This document shows, in pieces, positions 62,076 to 64,000 of a stretch of 64,000 nucleotides of DNA. Each line of letters starts with the position of its first letter. The stretch's first letter is position 1. The stretch is from a virus (Duplodnaviria; Heunggongvirae; Uroviricota; Caudoviricetes; Demerecviridae). The notes under the pieces are model-generated. The model did no database searches and was not told where the DNA came from. It was given only the letters and a program-made list of their open reading frames with translations. Both the position numbers and the translations under genes were made by a program. Location: the IMG/VR virus record IMGVR_UViG_2974570554_000001. One strand, given 5' to 3'.

Positions 62076-64000
62076 ATGATTATAATCAAACGTGATAATA
62101 CACGACAAGCATTTAACCTACATAAACCGTATGAGGCTGCTTTCATGGCTGCTAGTGATGCGGGTTATGATTACTCTGACGCTAGCCAAATCGCTAATGA
62201 TACAACCCAATTAGTAATCCATAGACTTCAAACAGAAGCTAGAGAAGAAGTAAGTGTATACGAGATCGAACAATTAGTAGAAGACACACTTATGTCTAGT
62301 TGCTGGAAAGATGTAGCAAGAAAATACATCGAGTATCGTCACGATCGCCAACAGGCGCGAGATTTGGAAAGTGATCTGCACAAAAACATTGTGGGATTAG
62401 TTGACCAGACTAACCCAGATATTTTGCATGAAAATGCAAATAAGGAATCAACAGTATTCCACGTACAGCGAGACCTACTAGCTGGTGAAATTTCTCGCCA
62501 CTACGCACTAAACTACCTACTACCCCGTGAAGTAGCTCGTGAGCATATCGCCGGTAATCTTCATTTCCACGACCTAGACTACTTCCCTATGATGGGTATG
62601 ACAAACTGCTGTCTTGTAGACCTTGAAGGCATGTTGAAGAACGGCTTTAAGATGGGTAACGCACAAATTGTACAGCCTAAGTCTATCCAGACAGCAGCTA
62701 CAGTCGTATCCCAAATCGCAGCAGCAGTAGCAAGTTCACAGTACGGTGGTACATCGTTTGACCGCTTAGATGAAGTTCTAGCACCTTACGTTAACATGAC
62801 GTTCCAAAAAGAGATTCAACGAGTATCAGAAGACCTACTAGAACTAGGTATGTCAGCAGATATTGCGGAAATCGAGAAAGTAGCAAGAACTAGAACTGAA
62901 AAAGCAGTATTCGATGCTTGCCAGACACTAGAGTACCAAGTAAACACTATTTACTCTACTAACGGTCAGACTCCATTCTTGACCTTCGGTTTTGGTATGG
63001 GTGAGTCTTGGGAAGCTAAACTGGTTCAGAAAGGTATCCTACAGAACCGTATTGCGGGGCTAGGTAAAGATAAAACTACTCCGGTATTCCCTAAACTTGT
63101 TTTCGGTCTACGTGATGGTCTTAACCTAAAACCGGAAGATCCAAACTACGATGTTAAGCAACTAGCTCTAGAGTGTGCTACAAAACGCATGTATCCAGAC
63201 ATTCTTAACTATGATAAGACAGTAGAGATCACTGGCGGATACAAAGCACCTATGGGTTGTCGTTCATTCCTATCTCCTTGGCACGATGAAAACGGTAAAG
63301 AAACCTACTCTGGTCGTAACAACTTAGGAGTTGTTTCACTGAACATCCCTAAAATCGCTCTAGAAGCTCAACTAGATTACGATAAATTCTGGGATCTACT
63401 AGACAATTACTGTGAAGTAGCACATCGTGCGCTACAGTACCGTTTAGAACGTTTATCAACCGTAAAAGCTAAATCCGCGCCGATTATGTATATGGAAGGT
63501 GCGCTAGGTCTACACCTAGACGGCGAAGAGCTTGTCCTTCCACACCTGTTGAAGCGCGGTGCTAGCATTTCCTTAGGTTACATTGGCCTAGAAGAAGCAG
63601 CTAACGCAATGCTAGGAAGTATGATTCATACTTATGATGAACCAGAAAAGCAACAATTCGCCCTAGATATTGTTAAGTTCCTTGACAAGAAAGCTACAGA
63701 GTGGAAAGAGGCCGAAGGTATTGGTTACTCAATTTATGCAACTCCAAGTGAGTCTCTATGTAACCGATTCTGTAAAGCAATCGTTAGAGAATACGGTGAG
63801 TTTGAGGGTGTAACTGATAAAGGTTACTTGACTAACTCATTCCACCTAGATGTACTGAAGAAGGTTAATCCTTATGACAAAATCGACTTTGAAGCACAGT
63901 TTATCCCATACAGCTCAGGCGGTCATATCTGTTATGGAGAGTTCCCGAACATGCGCCATAACATCGAAGCACTTGAAAATGTGTGGGATTATTCCTACAC
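62076..64000 (+). CDS. nrdD: Anaerobic (class III) ribonucleoside-triphosphate reductase, 3' end outside the window
   Basis: Hand-translated: ATP-cone MIIIKRD..YIEYRHDR, ENANK, QRDLLAGE, HFHDLDY, TNCC, SSQYGG, PMGCRSFL, GRNNLGVVSLN, TPSESLC and TNSFH; GGAGG SD. Confidence 0.97.
   Translation, partial: MIIIKRDNTRQAFNLHKPYEAAFMAASDAGYDYSDASQIANDTTQLVIHRLQTEAREEVSVYEIEQLVEDTLMSSCWKDVARKYIEYRHDRQQARDLESDLHKNIVGLVDQTNPDILHENANKESTVFHVQRDLLAGEISRHYALNYLLPREVAREHIAGNLHFHDLDYFPMMGMTNCCLVDLEGMLKNGFKMGNAQIVQPKSIQTAATVVSQIAAAVASSQYGGTSFDRLDEVLAPYVNMTFQKEIQRVSEDLLELGMSADIAEIEKVARTRTEKAVFDACQTLEYQVNTIYSTNGQTPFLTFGFGMGESWEAKLVQKGILQNRIAGLGKDKTTPVFPKLVFGLRDGLNLKPEDPNYDVKQLALECATKRMYPDILNYDKTVEITGGYKAPMGCRSFLSPWHDENGKETYSGRNNLGVVSLNIPKIALEAQLDYDKFWDLLDNYCEVAHRALQYRLERLSTVKAKSAPIMYMEGALGLHLDGEELVLPHLLKRGASISLGYIGLEEAANAMLGSMIHTYDEPEKQQFALDIVKFLDKKATEWKEAEGIGYSIYATPSESLCNRFCKAIVREYGEFEGVTDKGYLTNSFHLDVLKKVNPYDKIDFEAQFIPYSSGGHICYGEFPNMRHNIEALENVWDYSY

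Noticed and set aside
61931-62146. 71-aa - strand ORF
   Set aside because: It is antisense to the nrdD start and promoter, which are far better supported
1-64000. tRNA genes, CRISPR arrays, integrase or introns in pol/nrdD/terL
   Set aside because: No cloverleaf or regularly spaced repeat-spacer pattern was seen, and the core genes are uninterrupted at T5-like lengths; a tRNAscan/Infernal run would be needed to exclude these formally

Overview
The window is about 64 kb of a lytic T5-like siphophage (Demerecviridae), in reverse orientation relative to the coliphage T5 map. Gene order and recognisable T5 proteins support this. The host is not determinable from the sequence; host-factor motifs point to a Gammaproteobacterium, and Vibrio is only a guess. 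Layout: (1) 1-6.7 kb is pre-early (first-step-transfer) DNA with a leftward cluster of small ORFs, a ~1 kb non-coding control region, and A2, A1 and dmp. (2) ~6.7-6.8 kb is the probable terminal-repeat junction. (3) A Zn-ribbon/GIY-YIG endonuclease and the pb5-like receptor-binding protein follow. (4) 9.6-35.8 kb is the packaging, head and tail module on the + strand. (5) 35.9-61.9 kb is the early replication module on the - strand: dut, D15-D10, pol, primase, helicase, D5, split NAD ligase, D3, D2, obp. (6) nrdD is divergent and truncated by the window end. I saw no tRNAs, rRNAs, CRISPR arrays or integrase. The most notable observations are a second HK97-fold capsid-like gene inside the tail module, an apparently catalytically dead prohead-protease paralogue among the early genes, a ~650-nt promoter-driven structured non-coding region upstream of obp, and a dense set of host-factor binding motifs (DnaA, sigma54, Fur, LexA, rrn boxA; FNR at nrdD). 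All homology calls come from manual motif comparison and recalled family knowledge; no database searches were run.
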